DNA of 37,389 bases from Callorhinchus milii (Eukaryota): contig NW_024705520.1 of the NCBI RefSeq assembly GCF_018977255.1, forward strand, positions 1 through 37,389. Direction: 5' to 3'. The notes below the pieces were generated by a model. It saw only the letters and a program-made list of their open reading frames with translations. It made no database searches and was not told the DNA's origin. The translations under genes and the position numbers were made by a program. Below, piece after piece: positions 21,515-33,907 of this stretch (position 1 is the stretch's first letter; each line of letters begins with the position of its first letter).

Positions 21515-21896
21515 AGTGAGCTGTCAAAATGTGTGCGTGTGTCAGAGAATGAGAGCAGTCATTATGTGTGTGTGTGTGTGTGTGAGAGCCGTCAGTTTGT
21601 GTGAGAGAGCAGTCAGTGTGTGTGTGTGTTGGGGGGGGGCAGTTAGTGTGTGTGTTTGTGTGTGTGTGTGGGGGGGAGAGCAGTCAGTAAGAGTGTGTGT
21701 GTGAGAGAGCAGTCAGTGTGTGTGTGTGAGAGAGCAGTCAGTGTTTGTGTGTGTGAGAGAGAGCAGTCAGTGTGTGTGTGTGTGAGAGAGAGAGCAGTCA
21801 ATGTGTATGTGAGAGAGAGCAGTCAGTGTGTGTGTATGTGTGTGTGAGAGCAGTCAGTGTGTGTGAGAGATAGCAGTGTGTGTGTGTGTGTGAGAG
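21515..21896. repeat. GAGAGCAGTCAGT(GT)n minisatellite, left part
   Basis: Repeated unit. The same unit resumes at 25345. Confidence 0.85.
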
Positions 21897-22510
21897 CAAC
21901 AACCACAAAATTTCTTTTATAGAGCGCCTTTCACGTCGGGAGGACGTCCCGAGGCGCTGTACAGTTGGGTCAGGAACCGAGCATTGGAGAAATGGTCATG
22001 GTGAGGGGAGGGAGGGGATGGGGCGAGGAGCGGGGGAGGGCAATCGTCAGGGTGAGGGGAGGGAAGGGAGGGAGCGAGGAGTGGGGAAATGGTCTGGGTC
22101 AGGGGAGGGAAGGGAGAGGGCGAGGAGGGGGTGAGAGTCGATAGTGGAGCTGAAGTCACGGTCAAAGAGAAAGGTCTTGAGACCGGCCTTGAAGGAGGAA
22201 AAGATGGAAGCGGCGAACGCACTGGGGATGGAGTTCCAGAGCCTCGGGGCTGAGAGGCTGAAGGCCCGACCATCGATTGTAGGGCGGTTGGTGCGGGGAA
22301 TGTGGAGCAGACCGGAGCCAGAGGAACGGAGGGTACGGGCAGGTAAGTAGGTGGATAGTAGGTCGGAGAGGTAGGAGGGAGCGAGGCCGTGAATGGCCTT
22401 GTAGGTGAGGATGAGGGTCTTGAATTGGATCCTCTGGTGGATGGGGAGCCGGTGGGGGCGAGCGAGGGTGGGAGTGATGTGGTCGCGAAGCCTGGTGCGG
22501 GACAGTACCC
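21897..22510 (-). mobile_element. L2-type LINE 3' end (young)
   Basis: [44 protein letters not shown]...LWNSIP...FKAGLKTFLFD with intact tail. Confidence 0.93.
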
Positions 22511-22661
22511 AACTCATCCCACTTTCCCCTTCTTACCCCAAGTAGTCCCCCTGCTGTTACCCCAAATATTTCCACTCCCCTGCTCTCACCCCAACCAGTC
22601 CCACTCACACAGCTCTTACCTACCAATGTTTCCCACTCGCGCACACTTACCCCAACTTGCC

Positions 22662-23236
22662 CCATCACCACCATCCTCGCCCAACTCCACCGGCTTCCCA
22701 TTACATAGAGGATGCGGTTCAATATCCTGGTCCTCACCTTCAAAGCCCTCCATGGCTTGCTCCCCCCCCCACCTCTGTGACCTCCTAACCCCCTACCAAC
22801 CTGTACGCTCCCTCCGCTCAGTAGGCTCCAGCCTGCTTCACGTGCCCCGCCTCATCAATGGCGGTTGGTCCTGCAGCTTCTCTGCCCCCACCCTCTGGAA
22901 CTCCATCCTACGGTGCCTCCGCCTCAATCGTCCCCTCCTCACCTCCTTCAAGGTACATCTCAAGACACTCCTCTTCGACCGACGGCGCTTTTGGTCACCC
23001 TCCTACCCCCACCTCTCAACCCTCCACTCCTTCCTGATCCCAACGCCCAGCTCGGGTCCAAATCCCCGACTCTCTCGGTCTCTCTCTCTCGCTCAGTCTG
23101 TCTCTCTCAGTCTCTCCCTCAGTCTCTCTCTATCTGCCTCCATCCCTCGGGGCCAAATCCCTGACTGTGCAGTGCCTTGGGATGTCCTCCTGATGTGAAA
23201 CTCAGGCGAAGTCGAAAATGTTTGTTGTTGTTGTTG
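22662..23236 (+). mobile_element. L2-type LINE 3' end
   Basis: [17 protein letters not shown]...APTLWNSI...FKVHLKTLLFD. Tail GCCTTGGGATGTCCTCC and (TTG)n. Confidence 0.85.
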
Positions 23237-23477
23237 CGTTTTCTGAGCAAAACGCGGCAGCCGATGGCGCCCAGAGACGCCCCCACAAACAGCCGGGGGT
23301 TGAAGTGACCAAATTATTATTACTATTATTATTTCGAAGGGATTATTTCCCCCCGAAAGTGATCTGATGATTCCATTTTGAAGATGGAGAAAGATGCTAA
23401 GATCCGGGTGATGTTGAGCTGAGCTCCTCCCCCTCCACCCCGCCCCCTGAGGGCTCAGCAGGTAAAACACACCTTTA

Positions 23478-23768
23478 TAATAATAATAATAATCCTTGCA
23501 TTTGATATAGCGCTTTTCACTTCGGGAGGACGTCCCAAAGCGCTTCACAGAACACACTGGAAAGAGAAGTGACTGTATATTTGTGGGCGAACGCGGCAGC
23601 CAATTCACACAGCAATGTCTACAGTCGTAGATTGAAAATGACCAATTTATTATTGTTTTTTGCTTTTTTGGAGGGATTATTATTAGGCTCAGTGTGGAGT
23701 AAGGAATTTTGCCCAAGGTTTCAAAGTGCCTGAAATTGAACTCAGGTCTCTCGCTTGCGAGTGCTTTA
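23478..23768 (-). mobile_element. Deu-type SINE
   Basis: Reverse complement of 24150-24455. Confidence 0.9.
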
Positions 23769-23769
23769 C

Positions 23770-25338
23770 ACACCTTCTTGCCCCACTTCTCCCTCCCACA
23801 ACCTCCCTCTGTTCCAGCCTGGGAATCCTCCGCCGGGCTCACCGCGGCACTCGGCGTTGGCTGTCCAGCAGCAGCCACAACGACTGCCCCATTCCCCACC
23901 ACACTCGCCACCCACCCCGGACACAGACCCGGGGAGCCAACCTCTCCTCCCTCATCCCCATCCCCCCACCCCTGCCTCACAACCTGGACCCCCCTCCCCT
24001 CCCACACACCCTTCTGTCAACCGCTCCCTCCACATCGGACTGCAAAACGTCCGCTCCCTCTGCAACAAGGCCCTGGTCATCAACGATCTCATCCTTGATG
24101 ACAGCGTTGACATCATGGCCTTAACTGGAGTCCTGTAGCTCAGTGGTTAGAGCACTCGCTTTGCAAGTGAGAGACCTGAGTTCAATTCCAGGCAGAGGGC
24201 GAAACCTTGTGCAAGTTTCCTTACTCCACACAGAGCCTAATAATAATCCCTCCAAAACCAAGAACAATAATAAATTGGTCATTTTCAATCTATGACTGTT
24301 TGTGGGACATTGCTGTGCGCAATTGGCTGCCGCGTTTGCCCACAAATATACAGTCAATTCACTTTACAGTGTGTTCTGCAAAAGCGCTTTGGGACGTCCT
24401 CCCGACGTGAAACGCGCTATATCAAATGCAAGGATTATTATTATTATTATTATTATAACAGAAACCTGGCTCACCCCAGGCGACACAGTCCCCCTCACGG
24501 AGGCCACACGACCCGGCTACACCTACCACCACATCCCCCGCCCCAACCGCCGTGGCGGTGGTGTAGCCCTTATCTCAAGGACACCACTGGCCCCATTCCC
24601 CTATGCCTCTGGCTCTTTCCCCTCTTTCGAGCACCTCGCACTCTCCCACCCCTCCTACCTCTCGTTCAGAATCCTCCTCCTCTACCGGCCCCTAAAAACC
24701 TCTCCCACCTTCATCTCCGATATTTCGACACTCCTTACATCTCTCTGCCTCTGCTCTGATCGCCCCATCATTCTGGGCGACTTTAACCTGCACTTCAACC
24801 CTCCTGCTCCATCTCCTCAGACTTCTCTTCCCTGCTCTCCTCGCTCAACCTCTCCCTCCACAACAACTCCCCCAATCACAGTCACGGCCACCCACTCGCC
24901 TTGGTGATCACCCGGGACCTCAGTGTCTCGGATGTCACCATCACCGACAAGGCCATCTCCGACCACCACTTCATCTCCTTCACCACCTCCATCACCCTCC
25001 CCACCTCCACCAGACCCACCACCATCTTCTACCGCCCCTGGAAGAAGTTACCCCCACAATCCCTAATCGCTGCCTTGGAGTCCTCTGAACTCCTCTCCCT
25101 TTGGCATTCAACCCTCACTGACCCCTCTTCTCCTCTCACCCTCCTCCACAACACCCTCTCCTCCACACTCGATACTGTTGCCCCCATCACCTCCCGTACT
25201 GTCTCCTACTCCCGCTCCTCCCCCTGGTACACCACCCACCTCCGCTCACTGAAGAGCCAGGTGCGGGCCGCTGAACGCACCTGCGTCAAATCTGGTCTAA
25301 CGGTCCACCGACAAATCTGGCTGGACCTCCTCAAATAA
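23770..25338 (+). mobile_element. L2-type LINE ORF2 5' part (apurinic endonuclease domain), interrupted by a SINE and frameshifted
   Basis: GLQNVRSLCNK...DIMALT/ETWL...GGGVALI...LLYRP...ILGDFNLH...ISDHHFI...SSPWYT. Confidence 0.92.
24126..24455 (+). mobile_element. Full-length tRNA-headed Deu-type SINE with TSD TAAC
   Basis: A box TAGCTCAGTGG, B box GTTCAATTCC, core TTGCTGTGCGCAATTGGCTGCCGCGTT, LINE-like tail and (ATT)n. TAAC at 24122-24125 and 24456-24459. Confidence 0.92.
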
Positions 25339-25344
25339 AATGTG

Positions 25345-25721
25345 ACAGAGCAGTCAGTGTGTGTGTGTGTGAGCAGTCAGTGTGTGTGAGAGCAGTCAGT
25401 GTGTGTGTGTGTGTGTGAGAGAGAAGTAAATGTGTGTGTAAGAGAGCAGTCAGTGTGTGTGTTTGTGAGAGAACAGTCAGTGTGTGTGTATGTGTGTGCG
25501 TGTGTGAAGTCAGTTTGTGTGTGTGTGAGAGTAGTCAGTGTGTGTGTGAGAGAGAGGAGTCAATGTGTGTGTGTCTGTGTGTGAGAGAGGACAGTCAGTG
25601 TGTTTGTGTATGTGACAGAGAGAGCAGTCAGTGTGTGAGTGAGAAAGAGCAAATTGTAAATTGAGAGAGAGTTTTTTTGAGAGCAGTCAGTGTGTTTGTG
25701 TGTGTTTGTGTGTGTTTATGT

Positions 25722-25752
<31 letters not shown>
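25345..25752. repeat. GAGAGCAGTCAGT(GT)n minisatellite, right part
   Basis: Same unit as 21515-21896. Confidence 0.85.
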
Positions 25753-26277
25753 CGGGGAGGGTGTTGGGGGATGTTAACAGAGTTTGTGTGTTTGCTCAGC
25801 TGAAGGGGTCAATCAAACGCGCTTCGGTGAGCGCTCGGGGAGAGGGAGGGAAGAGTTCGTGCGTCCAACCTGACGCGGGTTTGTGGGCCGTTACCGGAAT
25901 CCCAAACAGCCGTCACGTTTGCCAACACGTACCCGAGGGTCGACCCCCTCCTCCCACTTGAACCCCAAACCCCCCCCCATCAGCATTGCCGGGATGTGGT
26001 CGGGAAGAGGGCAGTGCCCCGGTCGCGGATTCCGGGACCCGAAGATCAACCGGTTCCCGGTGTGTGACCCTCCGCAGTGACGGGGATGTCCGCGCGGGTC
26101 CGGCGGCAGATTGCGGTGCCGCTCGGCCCGGGGGGTCATTCCGCTCGTTCGGGCCGCCGCTTCCAATCGGGACCCAACGCCCCCGAATTCCCTCGACGGG
26201 ACGGCGGCCCTCGGGGGCTGATGGGCGGCGAGGAGTCCGCGGTCATGTCACGCGGCGTTTTAACCCCAACACGGCCT

Positions 26278-26360
26278 CAACCACAACAACAACAACAAGT
26301 TGGCACGTGTGCAACGGCTTTCACGGCGGGAGGACGTCCTGAGGCGCTGCACAGTGACAG
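26278..26360 (-). mobile_element. LINE/SINE 3' tail remnant
   Basis: (CAA)n followed by TTTCACGGCGGGAGGACGTCCTGAGGCGCTG. Confidence 0.65.
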
Positions 26361-27384
26361 AGTTTGAGACCCGAGTCGGTCTCACCCACGGGAACCCCTC
26401 CCCCGCGCCTTCTTCCCCCACTCCCCACCCCAACACCTCGCTGTCCATCCCCCGCCATTGCCATCGCCTCTCCCGTCCTTCCCCCTATTCCGGAGCACCT
26501 TATTAAGCTCAGCTTGTGGTGCTGGTGGGGTGTTGGGGTGGGGGGTTGGGGGGTGGGGGGTGAGGTATGGATTGGAGACCCGCCCCCTATCCCCAGTAGT
26601 GCTCATTGTATCATTGTGGGGGGTGAGGCTCGGAGACCCCGTACCCTCCCCTGTTGTGCTCTTTGTGGGGGTGACCGCGGGAGTATCACCATCACCCGCT
26701 CTTTTTTTTGTTCACGTTAAGACTTTTGGAATGAAACAAGTGGTAAGAAGACTCCATTCCCCCCCTCACCCCCAACCCCCCACTCGAGGTGCTCGAGGGT
26801 ATTGTAAATGTTTTTTACAGTCTCTCGAAGCAGTTGATGTTTTTTTTTTGCGGCTCCACTGCGGGATTGCGGTTCACAGCGCCGCTCAACCGCGTTTGAT
26901 CGAAACCATCCGTTGCCGAACACCGGGGATGGGATGGCGTCCACCGCGGTTTGAAACACGAGGGTACGATTGCAGGCGCTGAGTCGGAGCTACGCGTGTA
27001 CCTCCCTCCCTCCCTCCCTCCTCCCTCTCTGCTCCTCCTCCTCCCTCCTCCCCTCCCTCTCTGCTCCTCCCTCCCTCCCTCTCTCCCTCCCTCGCTCCCT
27101 AACTCCCTCCTTCGCTCCCTCCCTCCCTACCTCCATCCCTCCTTCCCTCCCTCCCTCCATCCCTCGCTCCCTCCTGAATATTATTATTATATTATTATCA
27201 TTTTATTATTTTTATTATTATTATAACCTCTGATGTAGCAAAGCAGAAAAGTTGAGGTTCAGACTTTTCTGCAGACTCTGCTGCTTCGCAGCTTTCTCTC
27301 TCTCTCTTTATATATGTATATATGTATGTATTTAATATATATATAGTACAAATATACATTTCGGTGCAGAGCGATGTCGTCAGT

Positions 27385-28070
27385 CGCTCTGCTGCCAGCC
27401 TTTGCTGCCAGCATCTGCTGCCTCGCTCTACTGCCAGCCTCTGCTGCCTCTCTCGGTGTGTGTGTGTGTGTGGGTGTGTGTGGGTGAGCGGGTTGCTGCG
27501 TTGTATGTGGGGGGTGGGTGGGTGAGTGGGTGGTGTGTGGTTTGTTGCAGCCTCTGCTGCCTCTCTCTGCTGCCAGCCTCTACTTCCAGCTTCTGCTGCC
27601 TCCGTCTGCAGCCAGCATCTGCTACCTCGCTCTGCTGCCAGCCTCTATTGCCTCCCTCTGCCTTCTCTCTCTGCTGCCAGCTTCTACTGCCAGCCTCTGC
27701 TTCCTCTCTCTGCTGCCAGCCTCTGCTTCCTCTCTCTGCTGCCAGCCTCTGCTTCCTCTCTCTGCTGCCAGCCTCTAGTGCCAGACTTTACTGCCTCCCT
27801 CTGCTGCCTGCCTCTGCTGTCAGCCTCTGCTGCCTCCCTCTGCTGCCAGCCTCTACTGACAGCCTCTTCTGCTTCTCTCGGCTGCCAGCCTCTACTGCCA
27901 GCCTCCGCTGCCAGCCTCTGCTGCCTCTCTCTGCTGCCTCTCTCTGCTGCCTCTCTCTGCTGCCAGCCTCTACTGCCAACCTCTGCTTCCTCTCTCTACT
28001 GCCAGCCTCTGCTTCCTCTCTCTACTGCCAGCCTCTACTGTCAGCCTCTACTGCCTGCCTACTGCTTACT
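27385..28070. repeat. ~26-bp minisatellite CCTCTGCTTCCTCTCTCTGCTGCCAG
   Basis: Many degenerate tandem copies. Confidence 0.9.
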
Positions 28071-28364
28071 TACTTGCAGCAGCACAGAGTCACCTCCTAC
28101 ACCACCCCCCCACCCGCCCACCCATTCTCGCTTCTCTTTCCTTTTAAAAATACCCATATATTTCATTTAGGAGGAGGAGTAAAGTGTGGTGGGGGGGGGG
28201 GGGCGGGAAACATCAGTGCCTGTGATGATTAGAATACAATACCCCAATTCACCATCTCATCCATCGACACACACATCCAACATCGCTTTATAATAACAGT
28301 AATAATGATTAACAATAATGATAAATACTAATATGATAATTTAATGATACTAATCCGACAATAA

Positions 28365-28560
28365 AATAATAATAATAGTCATTGCATATGGTACAGCAGC
28401 GCCGTGTCACATCTTCCAGGTGTCTCACAGGGCTTCACAAGATAGACTGTGAGGTGTAGTGACTGTGTATTTTCTGGGCGAAACGCGGCAGCCGATGGCC
28501 CACAACAGTGAGCGTCCGTCACACAAACAGTCGTGGATTGAAGTGACCGATTTACTTTAG
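28365..28560 (-). mobile_element. Deu-type SINE 3' fragment, degenerate
   Basis: GTGTAGTGACTGTGTATTTTCTGGGCGAAACGCGGCAGCC. Confidence 0.65.
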
Positions 28561-28581
28561 TTTTTGGAATGGATTATTATT

Positions 28582-28940
28582 TGTGCGTCTGTGTGTGTGT
28601 CTGAGTGTGTGTGTCTGTGGGTGTGTGTCTGTGTGTGTGTGTGTCTGTGTCTGTCTGTACGTGTGTGTCTGTATGTGTGTCTGTGTGTGTGTCTGTGTGT
28701 GTGTCTGTCTGTGTGTGTGTTTCTGTGTCTGTGTCTGTCTGTACGCGGGTGTCTGTGTGTGTCTCTGTGTGTGTGTGTGTCTGTGTGTGTGTCTGTGTTT
28801 GTGTCTGTCTGTGTGTGTGTCTCTCTGTCTGTGTCATACACATCGTCTCACACACACAATCTCACAGTCTCTCTCACACACTCTCTCACACTGTCACTCT
28901 CTCACACATTCTCACACTCTCTCTCACACTCTCTCTCTCT
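28582..28940. repeat. (TG)/(CT)(CA) low-complexity tract
   Basis: Simple repeats. Confidence 0.85.
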
Positions 28941-28957
28941 CTGTCACCGACACTGAC

Positions 28958-28975
28958 CGTCGTCTCCGCCGCCAT
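28958..28975 (-). CDS. Putative first coding exon (MAAETT), copy 2
   Basis: Identical 18 nt and GTCAGT donor. 28939-29088 is near-identical to 714-861. Confidence 0.5.
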
Positions 28976-29350
28976 CACCACCTCCCGCGGTCCCGCCTCG
29001 CGCTCAGACAGACAGGCGCCGCGCCCCGAAACACCGTCAGCCCCGCGCCCGGAGACGGCACTGCGCAGGCGCCGAGTTCAAAAAAAAAACCGTCGGCCTC
29101 GCGCATCAGCTCAGAGCACTGACCGGTACAGGAACATATCATCTGTTAACGTGACACAATATCGCACTACATCGGCGGACACCGCGTTGCGTTTTGCACA
29201 AAACGCTGACATTTGCACTTATTGCTTCACTGCGGAGAGGTTTGACAAACGGTTAAATATTTGAGGCAAACGGGCAGCGACTTGTCCAACCGGTTCCGTT
29301 GATGTTTTTCCAAGAAGCGCCGCTCCCTATAGTCAGAGCCAAATGTCAGG
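28976..29350 (-). promoter_or_regulatory. CpG-rich promoter/5'UTR copy 2 with NRF1-like motif (29062-29072)
   Basis: Paralogous to 751-861, followed by its own CpG-rich flank. Confidence 0.5.
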
Positions 29351-30142
29351 AGAGTCTCAGACGGAATGCGGCTCAGGGGCTGAACCTGTCTGTCACACAG
29401 GTGTGAGCGTCTCTCACAAACCTTCCCATAACCAGCCATTGGGCACATTACCAGCAGGTCGGTGCTGGTGGGTGGGAGAGATCACCGAGTGCTGCTGATT
29501 GGGGACCAGGAGAGAACTGGTTGAAGGAGCTGGTGGTTTCCAGTCACTGGGGAGAAGCTCAGCGCGTCCCTGTGATCACTGGTGAGCAAATATCTGCAAA
29601 AATCTTCACTTCTTCCTTTTCTCCATCTGATAATCCTTAAAAATGTTTCTCAATTTTGGTGTCTGATGTTACGCGTCTTCTCCCTCCGTGGGGGTGAGGG
29701 GAGCGAGTGGGCGGGTTATCCGAAGGGCTGAACCGGCTCCGAGGTGGAAAGGTTTGGCTGCAGGTTATCGGAATCGAGCCGTCCTCCTGTAACCGACTCT
29801 GCTCTGTTTCCTGAGCCGGTGGCGGGTCCGTGGTATTCCAGGGCACTGCTGATAGCAGCACAGCCCAGTCCGGCTCATCGACAGCACCCGAAGGGCAGAC
29901 CAGACACTGGGGCAGATATCCTCCGAGTCGGCTCCTATTAGCCCTGTAAAAAAGTCCTAACTTGTACGGTGTTCCCAGCTGGAAAAGAAATAGGAAAGCT
30001 CGCCGGGCAGCAATATGAATTGCCAGCCATGGGGTTTTCGCTGATTAGATTCCAGCAGTTACTCCAACCCATGCTCTCGGGTGCCCAAACTTTGGCTCTT
30101 GCCATTCCCTGCCTTTACTCTCCAGAACAGAGTGATTACGAT

Positions 30143-30668
30143 GGAATTCAAGATCCTCATCCTCACCTACAAGGCCATTCACGGCCTCGCTCCCTCCTAC
30201 CTCTCCGACCTACTATCCTACTTACCTGCCCGTACCCTCCGTTCCTCTGGCTCCGGTCTGCTCCACATCCCCCGCCCCAACCGCCCTACCATCGGCGGTC
30301 GGGCCTTCAGCGTCTCAGCCCCGAGGCTCTGGAACTCCATCCCCAGTGCCTTCGCCGCCTCCTCCCTTTCCTCCTTTAAGGCCGGTTTCAAGACCTCTCT
30401 CTTTGACCGAGCCTTCAGCTCCACTCTCGACTCTCTACCCCCTCCTCGCTCCCTCCCTTCCTTCCCCTCACCCTGACCATTTCCACCCCCCCCCCTCGCT
30501 CCTTCCCCACCCTCACCCTGAACATTTACCCCCCTCCTCGCTCCTTCCTTCCCCTCACCCTGACCATTTCCCCCAATGCTCGGGTCCCGACCCAACTGTC
30601 CAGCGCCTTGGGACGTCCTCCCGACGTGAAAGGCGCTCTATAAATGAGATCTTGTTGTATCTTGTTGT
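30143..30668 (+). mobile_element. L2-type LINE 3' end (young)
   Basis: [40 protein letters not shown]...FKAGFKTSLFD with intact tail. Confidence 0.93.
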
Positions 30669-31414
30669 GTGATGCATCACTCCAGCGGGAGTGAGAGTGC
30701 ACATTCCATTAGAACAATCTCTCTCTGGAAATTCTCTGTGTAGGTGGAATGCAGAAAATTCCCAGTTTGGTTTGGAGACTTATGCTTTGTGCTGGATTTC
30801 CCTCTGTGAAAGTTTTATCACAGCCATATTACGATAAATAAAACTCTTCCGGTGAGATCCTGACATGGAGCAGAGCTTGAACCTGCAAGTTTACTGATCC
30901 TCGCGTTTGTTATAGCGACTCATCACATGTTCAAGACGTCTCCAAGCGCTTGAACGGATGCACTGTAAAGTGCCGTGACTGTGTGACCCACATGCAAGTC
31001 CCTGACGAGAGAGAGAGATTGGACTGATTCCTTCTCCACAGCCCCAGAACAATAAGGCTGATCGCCTCTCCTCCACCACCTGAGGGTTCCTTGTCTGAAA
31101 GCATCATTGCCGTGTGTCAAATTCTCCCAATCCCAACCCCCAACTTATCACACTGTCGACTCTCACCCAAATTAGCACCACTCCGCCCGCTCTTACCCCA
31201 ACTAGTCCCACTACATCAATCTAACCCCAACGGATCCGATTCCCAGACATTTGCCCCAGCTAGTACCACTCTCTTACCTAACTGGGGGGGGTCTTACTCT
31301 AACTCACCAAGTTTATCGCTACTCGTCCCCCCCAGCCCCCGCCCATCCCTCTGAGCTTAGTGTGTCCCATTGCCCCGCCATTAAGATGGTGACTGAAGGT
31401 CAAAGGAGACAAAG

Positions 31415-32062
31415 AGGGAATGAGGCGAAGGCAATGTGCGACGCAGTTCCAGAGGTGGGAGCAGATAAATCCAAAAAATGGATTTCTTATTTCTTTGATT
31501 ATCGGTAGATTGCTCTAAACCTCAACAGCTCTGTCAGTAAACACAATACAGAATGACTTGTCTGACTGGTTGGGGATGTATTTCTGAGAATCGCCGCTCT
31601 CTGTGGTGAGAGTCAAATTTCAGGAATGTTTGAGATCATAAACAGCCCGAGAGCTGCCGCTTGTCTGCACAGCAGAAGGGAACTTACAGGAGGGAATAAA
31701 ATATAAAACAAAGAAACAGAACTAACAGCAGAAGACAGAAAATTAACCCACAGTTTTTCTGATGCGTTGTATGTCGCGGTGGTGAACACTTATATCAGAT
31801 TTTGATTCCTGTATCGCCTGGCGACCAGGTGTTTGCTCATGTGTCAAGTACAGCTCAACAGGTAAAGTGTGAGCAGATTCATGTTGGAATACATGACCAT
31901 ATCACCATACTTTATTGAATATTTATAATCGCTGTTGCTGAAACCATCTCAATACTATTGCAGTTTTAAAATCCACATCAGCAAATCATACAGGTAGGGA
32001 CTTGTCAGATGGTTGGAGGTGATTTAGCGAGAAGCGCCGCACCCTTTAGAGTCAGGTTTCAG
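31415..32062 (+). repeat. Old duplicated segment, paralogous to 33908-34563
   Basis: Colinear shared blocks such as GGAATGAGGCGAAGG, GTCAGTAAACA, GGTGTTTGCTCATGT, TTCATGTTGGAATA, GACTTGTCAGATGGTTGG. Confidence 0.88.
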
Positions 32063-32127
32063 GAAGGGGGGGTGCGTTGTGGGGGAGGTTAAGTGGAAAC
32101 TCGTTGAAGCTAAACTCACTAAAGTAG

Positions 32128-32355
32128 CAACAACAACAACTTGGATGTATATAGCGCCCTCCGCGCCGGACGGCGTCTCAGAGCGCTTCACAGTAACAGA
32201 TCCCGGGCCGAGCCAGGGGGAGGGGGGGACGAAAAGAAAGGTCTTCAGCAGAGACCTGAAAATAGGAAGAGAAGGGGAGGGAGTGAGGAAGGGAGTCCAG
32301 AGCCTCGGGACATCGTGGCTGAAGGCACGGCCGCCGAGGGTGGAGCGGACCTGTA
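32128..32355 (-). mobile_element. L2-type LINE 3' end (different subfamily)
   Basis: (CAA)n, TATATAGCGCC, AGCGCTTCACAG, GAGTCCAGAGCCTCGGG. Confidence 0.65.
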
Positions 32356-33907
32356 CGGCAATGGAATGGATAATCGAGCCAACCCTCTCTGATGGTCTCT
32401 AGTCCGGTTTCTGGGCCGAGGGTGTCCGCAGTTTTCCACGGCAGTGATGATGGCAGCACAGCCCGGCCTGGCTCATCAGCAATACTTACTAGGGCAGACC
32501 AGTCACTACAACATGTATCCCACTCAGCTCCCGTTAACCATGTAAACCAGTGTCAGAAACCCAAGTGACCCAAAAATATCCAAACGTCATTTCTCAGCCC
32601 AAATATGGTAAAATAGGAATTTCATGCAGAGACTAAGGACTTGACCCTGTCTTCAAACTGCAGTTCCTGCACTTCTCTGGAGATTGTACAGTGCTCCCTG
32701 GGGCTGGAGGACAAGCTCAGTCCTGCTCCCTGGACCAGCAACAAATCCCTGCATACCGAGTGTCTGCTTGTCTGAACAACTCGTGTCATTGTATGGATCT
32801 CCCAGGGAGTTGGGGAGGCAAAACATGATCTAACTTCAGGTTTAAATTGCAAACCAGCTTCAAGCGTCTGGAATGCTTCCCTTGCTGACAGTTGTTATAC
32901 AAATGCAATTGTTGCTATATACAGGGAAATTCACTTTACAGTGGAGGGTTTTGAGACAACTCGCAGACACGATAAGTCGCTGAATCAAATATAAGGACAA
33001 CTATCTTATTATTTGTTATTAACTTTCTCTCCACTGCAAAAGTGACAAGTAATGCAGAGCAGCGCTAACAGCTTCCGGTTTTTGGTCAAGGGGAACCGCT
33101 CGCCCCTCAGAGCTTCAGCTCCACCGTCACTGTTCCAAAAAACGAGAAGATGGGATTTCCTCCCCACATCCCCAATCCTCCAAACATGACATGTTCATCA
33201 CCTCCCTTTTGTTGAAGACTCTATTTCTCCCTATATCCCAAGATTCTCAGCCTCTTCTCCAAATCCCTTCTCACCCAAGGCCCTCCCTAACTTCTGCGCC
33301 TCTCTCTCTCCTGATCTGCCCTCCACTCAGGCATCTCAACATCAGGTCCATCTGCAAGAACGACCTGGTATTAGGTCCAGGAGTGAGAGCAGGGTATAAA
33401 TTAACAGCCAATGTTTACATTCAAGGTAATGAGTGATTTTACTGAAATGTCCTAAACTATTGAAGTCTCAAATAATCCAGAAACCTGCTATAAGATATCA
33501 GAAGGGTATGCTGACATTGTTCACAATTAAAATCTGGAAACATCGTCACTTTACAACCCTACAACCTATCCCCCAAATGTACCTCCCTAACCATTGGAGA
33601 TCAGGATTGAGGAATATAACAAGGGATTCCTGACACTGGGAAGCGAAGAAAAATGAGGCGTCAATAACTGCAGTGCCTTGTTCAATGGTAGTGAGTATCA
33701 TTTACACAGTGAACATAAAGCTCCGTATATATATATAAAACTCCTTACGATGTTGTCCAAATATCTGAAAGCTTTCCAGGATTTTACTCCGATGTGCAAT
33801 GGCAGTGTATTTGTCGATAAACAGCCAACTTTAGCTATTGTGTGCGGTTTCGGGAAGCAGAAGGTCGAAGAGCAGGGTCTTGAGACATACTCTGAAGGAG
33901 GCAAGGG

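Noticed and set aside
24126..24200. tRNA gene (also 14469-14540 and 1790-1857)
   Set aside because: The A/B boxes continue straight into a SINE body and tail, so these are SINE heads.
27243..27272. Hairpin GCAGAAAAGT...ACTTTTCTGC as a pre-miRNA
   Set aside because: Only a 10-bp stem, with no recognised miRNA sequence.
27402..28232. 276-aa keratin-associated-like Cys-rich ORF
   Set aside because: A 26-bp minisatellite (unit not a multiple of 3), open in several frames.
29420..29945. Possible exons with AG/GT sites on either strand
   Set aside because: No recognisable protein, no NACHT or B30.2 motifs, and stops in several frames.
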